In this document: positions 38,812 through 52,107 of the stretch, one piece after another
Layout of the letters: each line of letters begins with the position of its first letter
Numbering within the stretch: position 1 is the first letter of the stretch
From: Octopus vulgaris
Lineage: Eukaryota
DNA: 64,000 nt
Direction: 5' to 3'
Assembly: GCA_951406725.2 (NCBI GenBank)
Contig: OX597830.1
Span: 31,434,001 to 31,498,000, forward strand
Made by a program: the position numbers and the translations under genes
The notes under the pieces: model-generated
What the model was told of the DNA's origin: nothing
Databases searched by the model: none
The model's input: the letters and a program-made list of their open reading frames with translations, nothing else

Positions 38812-39306
38812 ATATTATAAATTAATGAGATCCTAAAAATTACTTCTTACAGCTGTTTCAGCCTATGGTCAAAAGTGCATCTAATTTTCATTGCCTATAC
38901 ATGTCAACATACTAAGGTTGTAGGCATTTAAAAAATATAATACTTATATGTTAAAGAACTATAGGCCTCGTCAGAGGTTATAATTAACTTTAAAAATATT
39001 AATAATAATATTAATATATTAAGCATGATGCACGTATTACTTAATATATAAAAATAAACAATAAACAAATATCCAAATATATATATATATATATATAAAA
39101 ATACATATATACATACATAAGCAAATCGTATATACTATTCACATGCGCAAAATACATTAATGAACACCATTAAACAATATATTACATTATTGCCTACAAC
39201 CTTAGTATGTTGACATCTATAGGCAATGAAAATTAGATTCACTTTTGACCATAGGCTGAAACAGCTGTAAGGAGTTATTTTTAGGATCTCATTAATTTAT
39301 AATATA
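38812..39306. mobile_element. Penelope-like inverted arms (38812-38929 vs 39191-39306)
   Basis: High-identity reverse complements sharing ataggctgaaacagctgtaag. Confidence 0.75.
38840..38982 (-). ncRNA. Type I hammerhead motif with ~108-nt stem II region
   Basis: cct-CTGACGA-ggcctat...ataggct-GAAA-cagctg-TA-aga (agg in the right arm). Confidence 0.6.
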
Positions 39307-39324
39307 ACCATCATGTATATGTGT

Positions 39325-39532
39325 GTGTGTGTTTGTCTCCCAACACCGCTTGACAGTCGGTGTTGGTGTGTTTACGTCCCTGTAAATTAGCGGTTCGAGA
39401 AAAGAGCCCGGTAGAATATGTACTAGGCTTAAAAAAAATAAGTCCTTGAGTCAATTGTTCTACTAAGACCCTTCAAGATGGGGCCTCAGCATGGCCGCAG
39501 TCAAATGACTGAAACATGTAAAAGATAAAAGA
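39325..39532 (+). mobile_element. SINE family A, 3' half
   Basis: Body and tail match. Confidence 0.82.
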
Positions 39533-39671
39533 TATGTATATATTTATGCATATAAAAGATATGTATATATGAGAAACAAGGAAAATGCCACTTGTATTTG
39601 AGCACTATACAAATATTCTTTAAAAAAACTTTTCTTTTAATTTTTCTAAATTTAATTGTCTTCCATACTTA

Positions 39672-39707
39672 CAGTTGAAAAAGTCTCAATGACTGAAACC
39701 GGTACTG
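39672..39707 (+). ncRNA. Minimal hammerhead-like motif with U3-A8 core
   Basis: cag-TTGAAAA-agtc-tcaat-gact-GAAA-ccgg-TA-ctg, ~50 nt upstream of (TA)n. Confidence 0.55.
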
Positions 39708-39764
39708 AAATGTTTTTTATAAAATTATTTTAGCATTTTCTATCTTGACTTTTTTCCATATATA

Positions 39765-39817
39765 TATAAAATTATAATTTAGGGTATCTCGTAGATACCC
39801 TAAATTATAATTTTATA
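39765..39817. repeat. Perfect 25-bp inverted repeat with 3-nt loop
   Basis: tataaaattataatttagggtatct-cgt-agataccctaaattataattttata. Confidence 0.93.
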
Positions 39818-39899
39818 ACAATTATTACCTCTGAAGGTTTTTATTCCCATGCTGGCCACTTGATAAGATCGATATTTAATTTAAACTAACGATCTTATA

Positions 39900-39961
<62 letters not shown>

Positions 39962-40136
39962 AGCATATATAAAGAGAGAGATAGAGAGAGAGAGATTTCC
40001 TACAAATAAAGATTAGATTTTTCTTTGCCTACACATTAATTTTCTGAGAGATTAATTCTTAATTATGTACGTTTCTTCTTTTTCTGTTTTTGCCATTGTC
40101 CCTAACGATCTTCAAAAGATTATTATTATTATTATC

Positions 40137-40204
<68 letters not shown>

Positions 40205-40206
<2 letters not shown>

Positions 40207-40670
40207 GTTTGACTTTCGCTTTGTATTTGTACAAGATGACTCCAAGTCTCACCCAGAAACCTCAAGGGACAGACAGCAAGTTAGAAGTTCAAGTTGGTGT
40301 TATGCCTAGGGTGCCATATATTTGGTTTTGCACAAAGTATTGTTCTAGAGAATGTTTAAGAAAACATAAGAAACTCTGTTTTAAAATTTGAGATTACATA
40401 GACAGTATTTTACGTAGGATATGGGCAGTTCCAATGAGCACTACCTTTTGAATTTCTGCCACTTTGGGGTTTCCTGGTATCTGAGCTATGTAGGATATCA
40501 GCCCATTTTGCTATCATTCTTAGAGCACCTATAACAACAGGTATTGTTTTAGTCTTGAGGTTCCACATTTTGCCAATTTCTATTTCAAGATCTTTATACT
40601 TGCTCAGTTTTTTGGTAGGTTTTGACAGACGCATTTATGTCGATTGGGACAGTCTTATTAATGAGGAGGC
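40205..40670 (-). mobile_element. R4/Dong-like RLE retrotransposon 3' fragment between (TTA)n tracts
   Basis: KLSKYKDLEIEIGKMWNLKTKTIPVVIGALRMI..EIQKVVLIGTAHILRK (frameshifted) plus 3' UTR. Confidence 0.85.
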
Positions 40671-40674
40671 ATTA

Positions 40675-40754
<80 letters not shown>

Positions 40755-41104
40755 TACTCTTTTACCCTTTTACATGTTTCAGTCATTTGACTGCGGCCAT
40801 GCTGGAGCACCGCCTTTAGTCGAGCAAATCGACCCCAGGACTTATTCTTTGTAAGCCCAGTACTTATTCAATCGGTCTCTTTTGCCGAACCGCTAAGTGA
40901 CGGGGACGTAAACACACCAGGATCTGTTGTCAAGCAATGCTAGGGGTACAAACACAGACACACAAACACACACATACATACATATACATATATATACATA
41001 TATACGACAGGCTTCTTTCAGTTTCCGTCTACCAAATCCACTCACAAGGCTTTGGTCGGCCCGAGGCTGTAGCAGAAGACACTTGCCCAAGATGCCACGC
41101 AGTG
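40755..41104 (-). mobile_element. SINE family A (5' end missing)
   Basis: Body and tail match. Confidence 0.9.
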
Positions 41105-41134
41105 TATTATTATTATTATTATTATAATTATTAT

Positions 41135-41472
41135 TGAGTGAGAGAGCAGTTCATGCCATCAAAGTGACACTGGGGTAAAATATACGAAGCCCAATATACC
41201 CATCATGACTACCCGTCTGATAAAGGTACACCAGGCACATGCATCACAACCATATGTGCGCGACATGGTGATCTCATATCAAGATAAACAGCACATGACC
41301 TTGCGGGTGGGGCCCAGTTAGAATTTTCTTCAGGTTGAGTAGCCCATCCCGCTCAAACGGTCCCTGAATAAGGGTTGTTTAAGGATGTTGAAAGAACCAC
41401 CCATGTTTCCAAAGGTGAACTATTCAAACCCCAAAGAATCCCTCTCAACACATGGCTATGATGCTCCCCCAC
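41135..41472 (-). mobile_element. Family E, longest copy, between (TTA)n tracts
   Basis: Same 3' end as 5151-5352 and 5440-5553. Confidence 0.78.
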
Positions 41473-41521
<49 letters not shown>

Positions 41522-41749
41522 GTTATTATTATTATTATTATTACACTTTTCTTTCACTAACAGGCGACTTTCTGTTCATCTATATATTTTACATACATCA
41601 TTCAGTACAGCGCCATCTACCCGATATATCTGTTCTTGTGCCATTAAGCTAAATTGAGTTATTTCTCTTTGCTCACCTTTTGTGCTTGTGTATGTGCGTA
41701 AGGCAAGTGTGTGTGTGTACAAACACAAACACTCACATACGAACTCGTA

Positions 41750-41790
<41 letters not shown>

Positions 41791-42101
41791 GTATATTTCG
41801 ACACACTCGCACACTGAGTTGCACATGCACATTTATAGATATAGCTACACATAAACAGGTGAGGCAGGTAAACGTGTGGATTTAACAAACCATGAATATA
41901 TTTATAAGGATTCTATGACATGTGGGCAGTACATCGTCTAAGCTATTTCAGAGCAATGGTTAGGGGCTTCAAAAGAGAGAAACAGATATATATATATATA
42001 TATATAGATATATATATATATATATAGATAGATAGATAGATAGATATATAGACACAAACAGATAGAGAGATAGAGAGATAAATAGATAGATAGACACAAA
42101 C

Positions 42102-42179
<78 letters not shown>

Positions 42180-42590
42180 TGTGTACGAGAGGGAATGGGT
42201 TTAGGGAAGGAGTCTGATTCAGCACTTTTCAGACATTTTCATTCACCGTATAGGAAGCCGGTTTTGACAGGGAGGTACTCGGGTACAATGGTTTATTTTC
42301 CAAGTCATATCACAACTATGAAGTGTGCAACGGGATAGTCTAAATTTGCTAGCTTGTCAAATTTATGGTCAACTTAAGGGCAAACAGCCAGACACCCGTC
42401 CGCCCAACTCACCAGCCAGCTATTTGCAGAAACATACATACATACATATATACATACATACATACATGTACGCATACATACATACATTAATAAATACGTA
42501 CGTACGTAGACATCTACATACGAACGTACGTACATTCCGTAAAAATTTAAACAGCCTTGTCATGACTCCATAGTTGTTGTTTCGTGCAAG

Positions 42591-42623
<33 letters not shown>

Positions 42624-42964
42624 CCCACCCCTCTCTTTCTTGTGTAGTGTAGTGTGTGAACGTGTTGGAACAATGAATCTCGAAGCACATAATACTGTAA
42701 ACAATCACGAGTAAAATATTGGATTAAACAGAAAAATTGTCGAAGGCTTCCCAACAGCTGGACAGCTTTCATATTTAGACGAGATGTGGGTTAGTGTTTC
42801 ACGGGCAGCCTTCGACTCTTTACATTCAAAGGGTTTTTTCTTTTACCCAATGTTTTCATGCTATTATTTATAGTTGTATGTGCTTCGAGATTCATTCAGT
42901 CCACCTACCAAAGAAAATTTTATTTTACGTTCTCGAAAGTTTCTGACTTCTTATAAACGTCAGC

Positions 42965-43155
42965 AATACATACATACATACATACATACATACATACATA
43001 CATACATACATACATACATACATACATACATACATACATACATACGCACAGCGAGATAGATAGAGGGAGAGAGAGAGAAGGAGGGAGAGAGAGGGAGGGA
43101 GAGAGAGAGGGAAGGAGAGAGAAGGAGAGAGAGATGGACAGGTAGACAGACAGAC

Positions 43156-43190
<35 letters not shown>

Positions 43191-43218
43191 CAGACAGAAG
43201 ACAGACAGACAGACAGAC

Positions 43219-43274
<56 letters not shown>

Positions 43275-43281
43275 CGATATC

Positions 43282-43366
<85 letters not shown>
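42965..43366. repeat. Compound (CATA)n-(GA)n-(GACA)n-(GATA)n microsatellite
   Basis: Direct reading. Confidence 0.92.
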
Positions 43367-43591
43367 GATGCGCCAAAAGTCAAAACCCTTATTTGAATTA
43401 TATTAAATGTTCGTATTGTACTTTGAATTTGATGAGAGCAATAATCTTCAGTGAACGACAGCTGGGTATTATTGTAATGAAATGTTCAGCAAATGTGGGC
43501 TCTCTGATGAGATTAGATAGGTTAAAAATATTGATAGACTACAGAATTGGAATGGGCATATTTCATAGTAAAACCCAATATATAATCGAAG

Positions 43592-43975
43592 GAACCAATT
43601 CTACTATATGGCTCAGAAACCTGGACGTTATCAAAGAAGCTTGAGAGGCGGTTGGATGGAACTTACACTCGCCTCCTTATGAGAGCTCAAAATCTCTCGT
43701 GGAAACGTCATCCAACCAAAAGTGCAAATGTATGGGAAACTACCACCTGTATCATCTCTTGTGAAAGGTAGAAGAGTCCAGTTTGCTGGACATTGTTGTA
43801 GAGCTGAAAACGAGGTAATTTCTACTCTTCTCTTCTGATAGCCATCTACTCATGATACCAGAGGGCGCACACTTTCCTACTCTGATATAATCTCCAGGGA
43901 TACAGGCATCCAGCAACAGGACCTCCGTAATGCTATGATGAACCGTGAAGTCTGGCGTAACAATGATGATGATGA
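43592..43975 (+). mobile_element. RTE-clade LINE 3' fragment
   Basis: EPILLYGSETWTLSKKLERRLDGTYTRLLMRAQNLSW..RRVQFAGHC..DLRNAMMNREVWR, with a frameshift and stops; (GAT)n tail. Confidence 0.85.
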
Positions 43976-44806
43976 ATTTCGTAGTCTTACAGAATTGTTT
44001 CGCGTTCTCTCAAAAGTTTATAAAATTTTATGATATCATCAACGTAAAATTCTCGATGGTAAGAATAAGTTTCTAAAATAGGTTGAGAAATTCAAAGAAT
44101 TGCTTTGCTCTAATGGTGGAACGCCTGTCATATCTACAAAAAATACGCGTTCAAATCCAACGGGCAGTCATCGATTTTTTTCTATCTAAAAGTGTTTTTT
44201 AACCAAAAATTTACATATCCTTTACAGCTCTATGTACTTCGATATCCACTGTCTCCCCCACCCACGCGCCCACCCAAAAAGATGGAATTGCTTCATGTTT
44301 TGTCAAAAGTTTATAGATATCGTTAATATAATAGATTATTATTTTCCGCTTGGGTATAAGTATAATAAATAGAATCTCTGTTAAGATCAGTTATTCAGTT
44401 AGGAAAAATTTCTGTTAAATCAAAGCTTAAAATGCTGCAAGGCTAAATGAAAACGATAGGCACGTAACTGGCCAAAACCAATCGCACAAGTTCAGAATTG
44501 CTCACTAGATTGTGATTATTTAATAAAGTTGTTAATATACAGCGCTAATGTAGAAAGATATAGCAGACATTAACGTATAGTAAATATTGGGGCAACTGAA
44601 TTACAAGTTAAATATCGATTTTATAATCATAAGCATTCATTTTTCAGCTTTGATTAAAAAGTGCTTCATTGCCCTGTCAAAACCTATGCGCAACAAGACT
44701 AAATCGTCGCCTGGGAGGTCATAGATAGAAAGTCAGAATTGCCATTGACAACAAGACAAGGAAGCACATGGAGATGACAATGATCTATGCTGTTGGAGCA
44801 ATCAGC

Positions 44807-44892
<86 letters not shown>

Positions 44893-44895
44893 ATA

Positions 44896-44992
<97 letters not shown>

Positions 44993-45052
44993 CTCTCTCT
45001 CTATCTCTCTATCTCTCTCGCTGTGTGTGTGTATATATAATAAATAGTAAAT

Positions 45053-45118
<66 letters not shown>

Positions 45119-45439
45119 TGTACAGGACATCACCAATGGTGCAAATAACATGAAATACGTAAACTACGACAAAAAAAGGAAAACAGGGCAAGTTAACACA
45201 CAGAAAGGACCCTTCATCAGTTGTCAGCTGTCTATCTAGTCCTCCTTTCGAGCATTCAACGACAATATGAGTCTTCAAAGACAGTTGCTCCTATAAATTC
45301 TAAAATAAAATTTAGTATTTATGGAAGTTCGATATCGGGAACAAATACATGACAGTAGAGGCATACAAGGAAACCGAATGAAAACAAATATGGACGGTCG
45401 TTAGGCCAGAACAAAAAGAAAATAGTGATAGATAGAAAT

Positions 45440-46170
45440 AGGATTTCCTGGAAAGTTCCGTGGGTGAGACTTCATGGAAAACTCCGAGGTTGGGAGTTGA
45501 GACTTCCTGGAAAATATCGAAGATTTCCTGAAACGTTCCGAGGAGAGACTTGAGACTTCCTGGAAACTTCCGTGGATTTCCTGGAGAGTTTCGAGGATGA
45601 GACTTCATGGAAAATTCAGAGGACTTCCTGGAAAAGTCCGAGGGATTCCTGGAAAATTTCGAGGATTTCCTGCAAAGTTCCAAGAAAGAGACTTACTGGA
45701 AAACTCAGAGGACTTCCTGGAAAGTTCCGAGGATGAGACTTTAGTCTTCCTGGAAAATTCCTAGGGTTCCCTGGAAAGTTCCGTGGATGAGACTTCCTCG
45801 AAAATTCAGAGGACTTCGTAGAAAGTTCCGAGGATGAGACTTCCAGTAAAATTCCGATGATTTCCTGTAAAGTTCCGAGGATGAGACTTGAGACTTTCTG
45901 GAAAATTTGGAGGATTTCCTAGGAAGTTCCGAGAAAGAGACTTCCTGGAACGTTCCGGGGATGATACTTCCTGGAAAATTCCGAGGATTTCCTGGAAACT
46001 TCCGATGTCGCGACTTCCTTTGAAAATTCCGGATTTCCCTGGAAATTTCCGTGGATAAGACTTCCTGGGAAATTCCGCTGGCTTCCAGGAAATTTCCGAG
46101 GATGAGCCGTTATACTTCCTGGAAAATTTCGAGGATTCCCTGGAGAGTTCCATGGATGAGACTTCCTGTT
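45440..46170. repeat. ~20-26-bp minisatellite built on ttcctggaaaattccgagga
   Basis: About 30 degenerate units, some with a tgagac insert. Confidence 0.9.
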
Positions 46171-46470
46171 ATGGAATACATTCATAAGCACCAACTCAAA
46201 GAATACTGGTGGAATATTCCCATCATACATAACAGACGGGATATTGTTGTTGGGGCAGAGGGGCAAAGGTATGTATCATCACAGAGGTCAGCTGCCCTGC
46301 AGATATAAATATCTATGGACAACTGCATCGAAAACTCCAGCATCTATATCCAGGAGCACTAAGTTTTGATAGAGGAGTGAAGTACGAATATGCAGTGCGT
46401 GTGTTCATTTGACAAAAAAAAACGACCGTCCCATAATACAACATATGTATGTAATGTAATGTATGTACGT

Positions 46471-46760
46471 GTGAAGGTGCGCGGTCAAGTGGTTGCGCTC
46501 ACGATCGTGAAATCGCAGTTTCGATTCTCAGACCGGCTGCGCGTTGTCTTCTCGCACTTCAATTTACCTTGCTCCAGTTCATTCCCCCGTAAATAGGTAA
46601 CCTCGAGTGGGACTAGCCTGCCTATTAGAAAATTTTTTAGCATACTCGCCTAACTAGTAGGGGTGGCATCATTCGAAAACTAAACATCTTTACGAAGCGC
46701 ACTGTGACCAGCGAGGTACGGCAACACCCCGAACGTTTGGTCTATACAGTGATACCGTGA
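46471..46760 (+). mobile_element. Diverged D-head SINE (tail as in 20590-20874)
   Basis: gtgaaggtgcgcgg..ttcgattctcagacc head; ctcgcctaac..cattcgaaa..aagcgcactgtg tail. Confidence 0.65.
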
Positions 46761-47077
46761 TGTGTACATGTGTGTGCGCATGCATATGTGTTTTCTATAT
46801 ATTTTTTTTAATTATTTGAAATCTTCCTGTGCGGAGGAAGATGGTTTCTGACAAAAATAGCAAGCTGTATCACTGGAATGTAGATAGCAAAAAAAGAAAG
46901 CAATGTCACATTTTTGTAAAAGGTCTTTGCATACTTTTACGGTTTTTGCTTCTGGTTTGTATTTCTTATGTGCGAGCCAGCTGGTTGATTTCTTCTTCAG
47001 AAAATCCTTAGTTTTTTTTTTTCCCCAAATGATCACTCCGGCTTTATGAATCTCTTCTTTTGTTCTTTTATTTGTTT

Positions 47078-47226
47078 ATTTGTTTCAGTCATTTGACTGC
47101 GGCCATGCTGGAGCACCACATTTAGTCGAACGAATCGACTCCAGGACTTATTCTTCGTAAGCCTTGTACTTGTTCTATCGCTAAGTTACGGTTGTCAAGC
47201 GATGGTGGGGGAACAAACACAGACAC

Positions 47227-47268
<42 letters not shown>

Positions 47269-47436
47269 GACGGGCTTCTTTCAGTTTCCGTCAACCAAAT
47301 CCACTCACAAGGCTTTGGTCGGCGCGAGGTTATAGTAGAAGATACTTCCCCCAAGATACCACGCAATGGGACTGAACCCGGAACCATGTGACTGGGAAGT
47401 AAGCCATTTACCACACAGCCACGCCCGCCTGCACCC
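47078..47436 (-). mobile_element. SINE family A with an internal deletion
   Basis: Head and tail match. Confidence 0.88.
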
Positions 47437-48223
47437 ATGTATGTATGTCCTTCTCTTTTCCATTTAAACTTAGAATAAATTTTGACCGGCCATCATACAT
47501 ACATGTGTTACCAATTCTTGCTAGAAATTAGCAATTTTCTTGGATAGAAAATCGCTTATTTTAATTCTGTGTTGCGGTAATCAGAACTTTCAGCTACAAC
47601 ATGACAAACGTATATTTCGAAGACCAATTAGTTATCTTGTATAATGGCACAACAAGTGTGTTTATTCCTCCAATAGTATTTCACAAAGAACCCACAGCTG
47701 GCTTTAATTGTATAGCTTATTAATTTTGTTTTGCTTACCTCCCCTTTGTTCTTGTATTTGTTGTTGCTCTGGCAATTGTCATGGTTGCTCTTGAGAGTGT
47801 TCACGCAGTTATTAATCTTTACTGTTATTGTTATAATCGTTGTTGTCTGCCGTTTATTTTTTGTTGCTTGCGATGTTTTAATAATAGATGCAGTCGTTTC
47901 TGATACTGGTCTTCGCTTTCTTCCAGACTCATAAAAGTCCTGGATCGAGCACACCAATAATCCAAAGCATTCCACTCGTGGCCATTCCTTTTTCTTTTTC
48001 TCTTTGTATTTTGAGAGCCATGACGTATTTACTTACGCTATTCTTGCTTTGTGAGTTCAAATCCCGTCAACATCAAATTTTGTTTTTCATCCTTGTGGGA
48101 TTGGCAAAATAAAGCACCAGTTATATATATCAAGGATGTTTTGTATGCCCATGATGCATTTTTGATGTGAACGAAATCGTAGTAGTAGTAGTAGTAGTAG
48201 TAGTTGTTGTAGTAGTAGTAGCT

Positions 48224-48257
<34 letters not shown>

Positions 48258-48778
48258 TGGCTACTATATTTGTTGCTGCCTGTAAAGATGCCGTGAATGT
48301 GAAAGGGAGCATACCCGAAGCTCGAGGATGAGGAATAATAAAAAGGGTGTGATTGTGAAGGTGCATATGTGTGTGTGTTTGTGCGTGCTTGCGTGCGTGT
48401 GTGTATATATGTGTGTCATTATAAGTGTACATGCGCAGTTAAGTACATGTGCGCGTTTGTTAGTACGAATGACTTTGTGTGTGTGTGTGTGTGTGTGTGT
48501 TGGAGCGTGCGATCGAGTATACGCGTGTAAGTATGTGTGTATGTGTATATGCATGTGAGAATGTGTGTACCCGTGTTTTTTCTTTGTGTGGGGCGTGTGT
48601 TTGTGTGAGTGCGTGTTTGCGCATTTGTGCATGTGTGTGTGTATGTGTGTATAAGCTTGTCTATATGTACATATGTCCGTATACGCGTATGAGACTTTGT
48701 GTTAGTACATGTTTGTATGCTTACGTGCATATGTGTATGCATGTGTGATTGTGTATGTATGCTTGCGTTTTCCGTATT

Positions 48779-48822
<44 letters not shown>

Positions 48823-49753
48823 TGTATGTGAGTGTTGTTGTTAGTTTGGCGTATGTGTGTGTATCTGTGCTAGCGCAGGGGTTGGCAAGGTAGACTTCTC
48901 CCCATCCAACACCTCACAGATATTATCAGAATGAATTACAAGGTGACATCATTGATGACAGCGATGACATAATTAGACTAATAACCGTGGTATTAGTCAG
49001 TGGTAATGTGCTGACAGTGATGGTGGCGATGATGATGATGATGGTGGTGGTGGTGGTGGTGGTGGTGGATGTTGTTGGTAGTGGCGGTGGCGATGGTGTT
49101 GATGATGGTAGTTGTGGTGGTGGTGGTGTTATTGGTGGTGATCATGGTAGGTGAACATGGTGGTGGTGGTGGTGGTGGCAGTAGGGGTGGTTGTGGTGAT
49201 GGTAGTGGTGATGAAAGTAGTACTGGTGGTAGTGGTAAAGGCGGTAGTGGAGGTGGTGGGAATAGTGGTGATCGTAGTGGTTGAGGTGGTGGTGATAATG
49301 GTGATGGTGGTGTGGGGGTGAAGTGATGGTGAGGGTGGTGATGGTGGTGGTAGTAGTAGTATTAGTAGTGATGGTGGAGGGGGATGTCGATGGGTGTGGT
49401 TGGGTTGATGGTTGCTCTGATAGTCGCGGTGATATCTGGCTGATGACAGAAGGGATTAAAACAAACTAATCGTTTGAATGATGACGATGACGATCATGAT
49501 GATAATGATAATAATGATGGTGATGATGATGATGACGATGATGATGATGATGACGATGATGATGGTGATAATGAGGATTATATTTCTGGTTTGGAAATGG
49601 TTGTTTTGGTTGTACGTGGAATTGTGAGGTAGGGGAGGGGAAGTGGGTAGTGAAATGATAGTTCGATAACAGGACGATGAGGTTACTGGAGTGGTTATTG
49701 TTCTTGTTATTATTGATGGTGATGATGATGATGGGGATGGGGATGACGATGAC

Positions 49754-49822
<69 letters not shown>

Positions 49823-49824
49823 CG

Positions 49825-49865
<41 letters not shown>

Positions 49866-49887
49866 GTGATGATAATGATGATGATAG

Positions 49888-49922
<35 letters not shown>

Positions 49923-50232
49923 GGGATGGATATGATGATGACGACGACGACGACGAAGACAACGACGACGATGATAATGATGGCGATTGTGTTAGTGATG
50001 GTAGTGATGTTAGCGGTGGTGGTGTTGTCGGCGTCATAGTATAATGATAATGACGATGGTGATGATGATAGTGATGGTGCTGTTGATGTTGATGTTGAGG
50101 AAGAAGAGGATGGGGAGAAGGCGGAGAAAGAGAAGCGGAGAGAAGGGGAGGAGGCAGAAGCGTAGGAAAAGGGAGTAGGAGGAGGAAGGGAGTAGGAGGA
50201 AGAGGTGGAAGAGTAATATCACATCAGCAATA

Positions 50233-50376
50233 AAGAAGAAGAAGAAGAAGAAGAAGAAGAAGAAGAAGAAGAAGAAGAAGAAGAAGAAGAAGAAGAAGAA
50301 GAAGAAGAAGAAGAAGAAGAAGAAGAAGAAGAAGAAGAAGAAGAAGAAGAAGAAGAAGAAGAAGAAGAAGAAGAAG
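50233..50376. repeat. Pure (GAA)n tract (~47 units) followed by a SINE B fragment (50378-50477)
   Basis: Direct reading. Confidence 0.95.
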
Positions 50377-50556
50377 CGAAACGCTTAGCGGTATTTCATC
50401 TGTCTCCATGTTCTGAGTTCGAATGTTGCCGTGGTCGACTTTGCCTTTTATCCTTTCGGGGTCGATAAATTAAGTACATACACGCTTCGATTCATACATC
50501 CATTCACCCAGGTATAAATAAACACAAACACACACACAGACACACACACACACACA

Positions 50557-50617
<61 letters not shown>

Positions 50618-50639
50618 AGGCACACATACATACAACATA

Positions 50640-51112
50640 CATACATACATGTATTTACATACATACAAACATACAAACATGCTATACACGCATGCATGCA
50701 TACACATGTACGTACATACATACGTACGCACGTATTCACATTCATTCATATATACAAACATACAAACATACATACATACAAACATACATGCATACAAGCA
50801 TACATACACACATACATACATACATACATACATACATACATACATACATACAAACATACATACATACATACATTCATACATACATTCATGCATACATACA
50901 TATATACAAACCTGCATACATACACACACTCATACATACGTACATACATACATACATACATACATACATACAAACATGCATACATACATACAAACATGCA
51001 TACATACATACATACATACATACATACAAACATGCATACATACATACATACATACAAACATGCATACATACATACATACATACATACATACATACATACA
51101 TACATACATACA

Positions 51113-51140
<28 letters not shown>
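50640..51140. repeat. (CATA)n array
   Basis: Direct reading. Confidence 0.92.
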
Positions 51141-51146
<6 letters not shown>

Positions 51147-51375
51147 ACTATTGACAACTGCTTCGAGACTTGCAGCTTCTATATCCAAATTACAAATTCC
51201 CCTTTATACCAATAATAATCGGTGCTCTTCGTTCTGTGAATAAATGCCTGAACGAAAATCTGGATAACCTGGGGTTTTCAAGAAAAGAAATCCACCACTT
51301 AACTCGCACATTACAAACACAATCTTTAAGTAGAACAGAAAAACTTGCTAGACTTTTCTCAAGTTTAAAATGTGA
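51147..51375 (+). mobile_element. RLE-type non-LTR retrotransposon 3' fragment
   Basis: LLRDLQLLYPNYKFPFIPIIIGALRSVNKCLNENLDNLGF, with the RLE C-terminal PIIIGALG-like motif. Confidence 0.65.
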
Positions 51376-51450
51376 CATTATTTTTAACTACATTCCAAAG
51401 CATGATGCTTTGTACCGTTATTAGAAAACATCTTTCTAAAAGGAAGAATT

Positions 51451-51862
51451 GGATCTTTTCGGTTTGACCGGCAGTTTTTACTAGCGGTGTCATATGAAAT
51501 TGTCACCCATAATTATAACCCCAGTATCGATCTATTGCATTTCAATCTGTTTTAGGGTTAGGGTGGGGGGAAGGGTATCTTTTTTTTCTTCACAAATGTA
51601 AATAAACCCAATCTGTTTCTTAAACGAGGGACATATTCATATGACACAGAATGTTTTTTACCCCAATAGACGTCATTGATTGGTTGAAATTGCAGAAATT
51701 GAAGAAAAAAAGCAACAAATATCTTACAAACTGTAGAATTTTCTCAATAAAGCCAAGAGAAAAATATGTTTTATAAACACATTCTACCAGTATACGAAGT
51801 TTAAAAGTGTTTAGTTACGTGGAAATTATTTAAAAAAACTGCTGTTCAAACCGAAAAGATCC
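51451..51862 (-). mobile_element. MITE family F with a 26-bp flanking direct repeat
   Basis: TIRs ggatcttttcggtttga / ttcaaaccgaaaagatcc; flanks 51425-51450 and 51863-51888 match at 24/26. Confidence 0.9.
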
Positions 51863-52107
51863 AAAACATCTTTGTAAGAGGAAGAATTTAAAGAATTGAA
51901 GACGGAAGATAACATACACACATATACGTATTTACGTTAATATTCCCTCATGCAGTACTGGTTATAACAAGTTCCAAAACATATCAGAACACACGGTGGG
52001 ACAAAACTAACGTGGTTGCGAAATGTACTTCTGAACCACACAGACATAGATACCTTTTTTTAACGTGATTTTACGAGTTATTATGTTTACAATATTTAAT
52101 CAATTAA

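Noticed and set aside
45205-45290. Minus-strand ttgaaga...cgaaa and ctgatga motifs in a (TA)n-adjacent element
   Set aside because: Could not close stems I-III into a hammerhead; possibly a decayed PLE fragment.
45312-46308. ORFs with repeated peptides, and a CRISPR-like look of the array
   Set aside because: Degenerate tandem minisatellite with no unique spacers and no cas genes; eukaryotic context.
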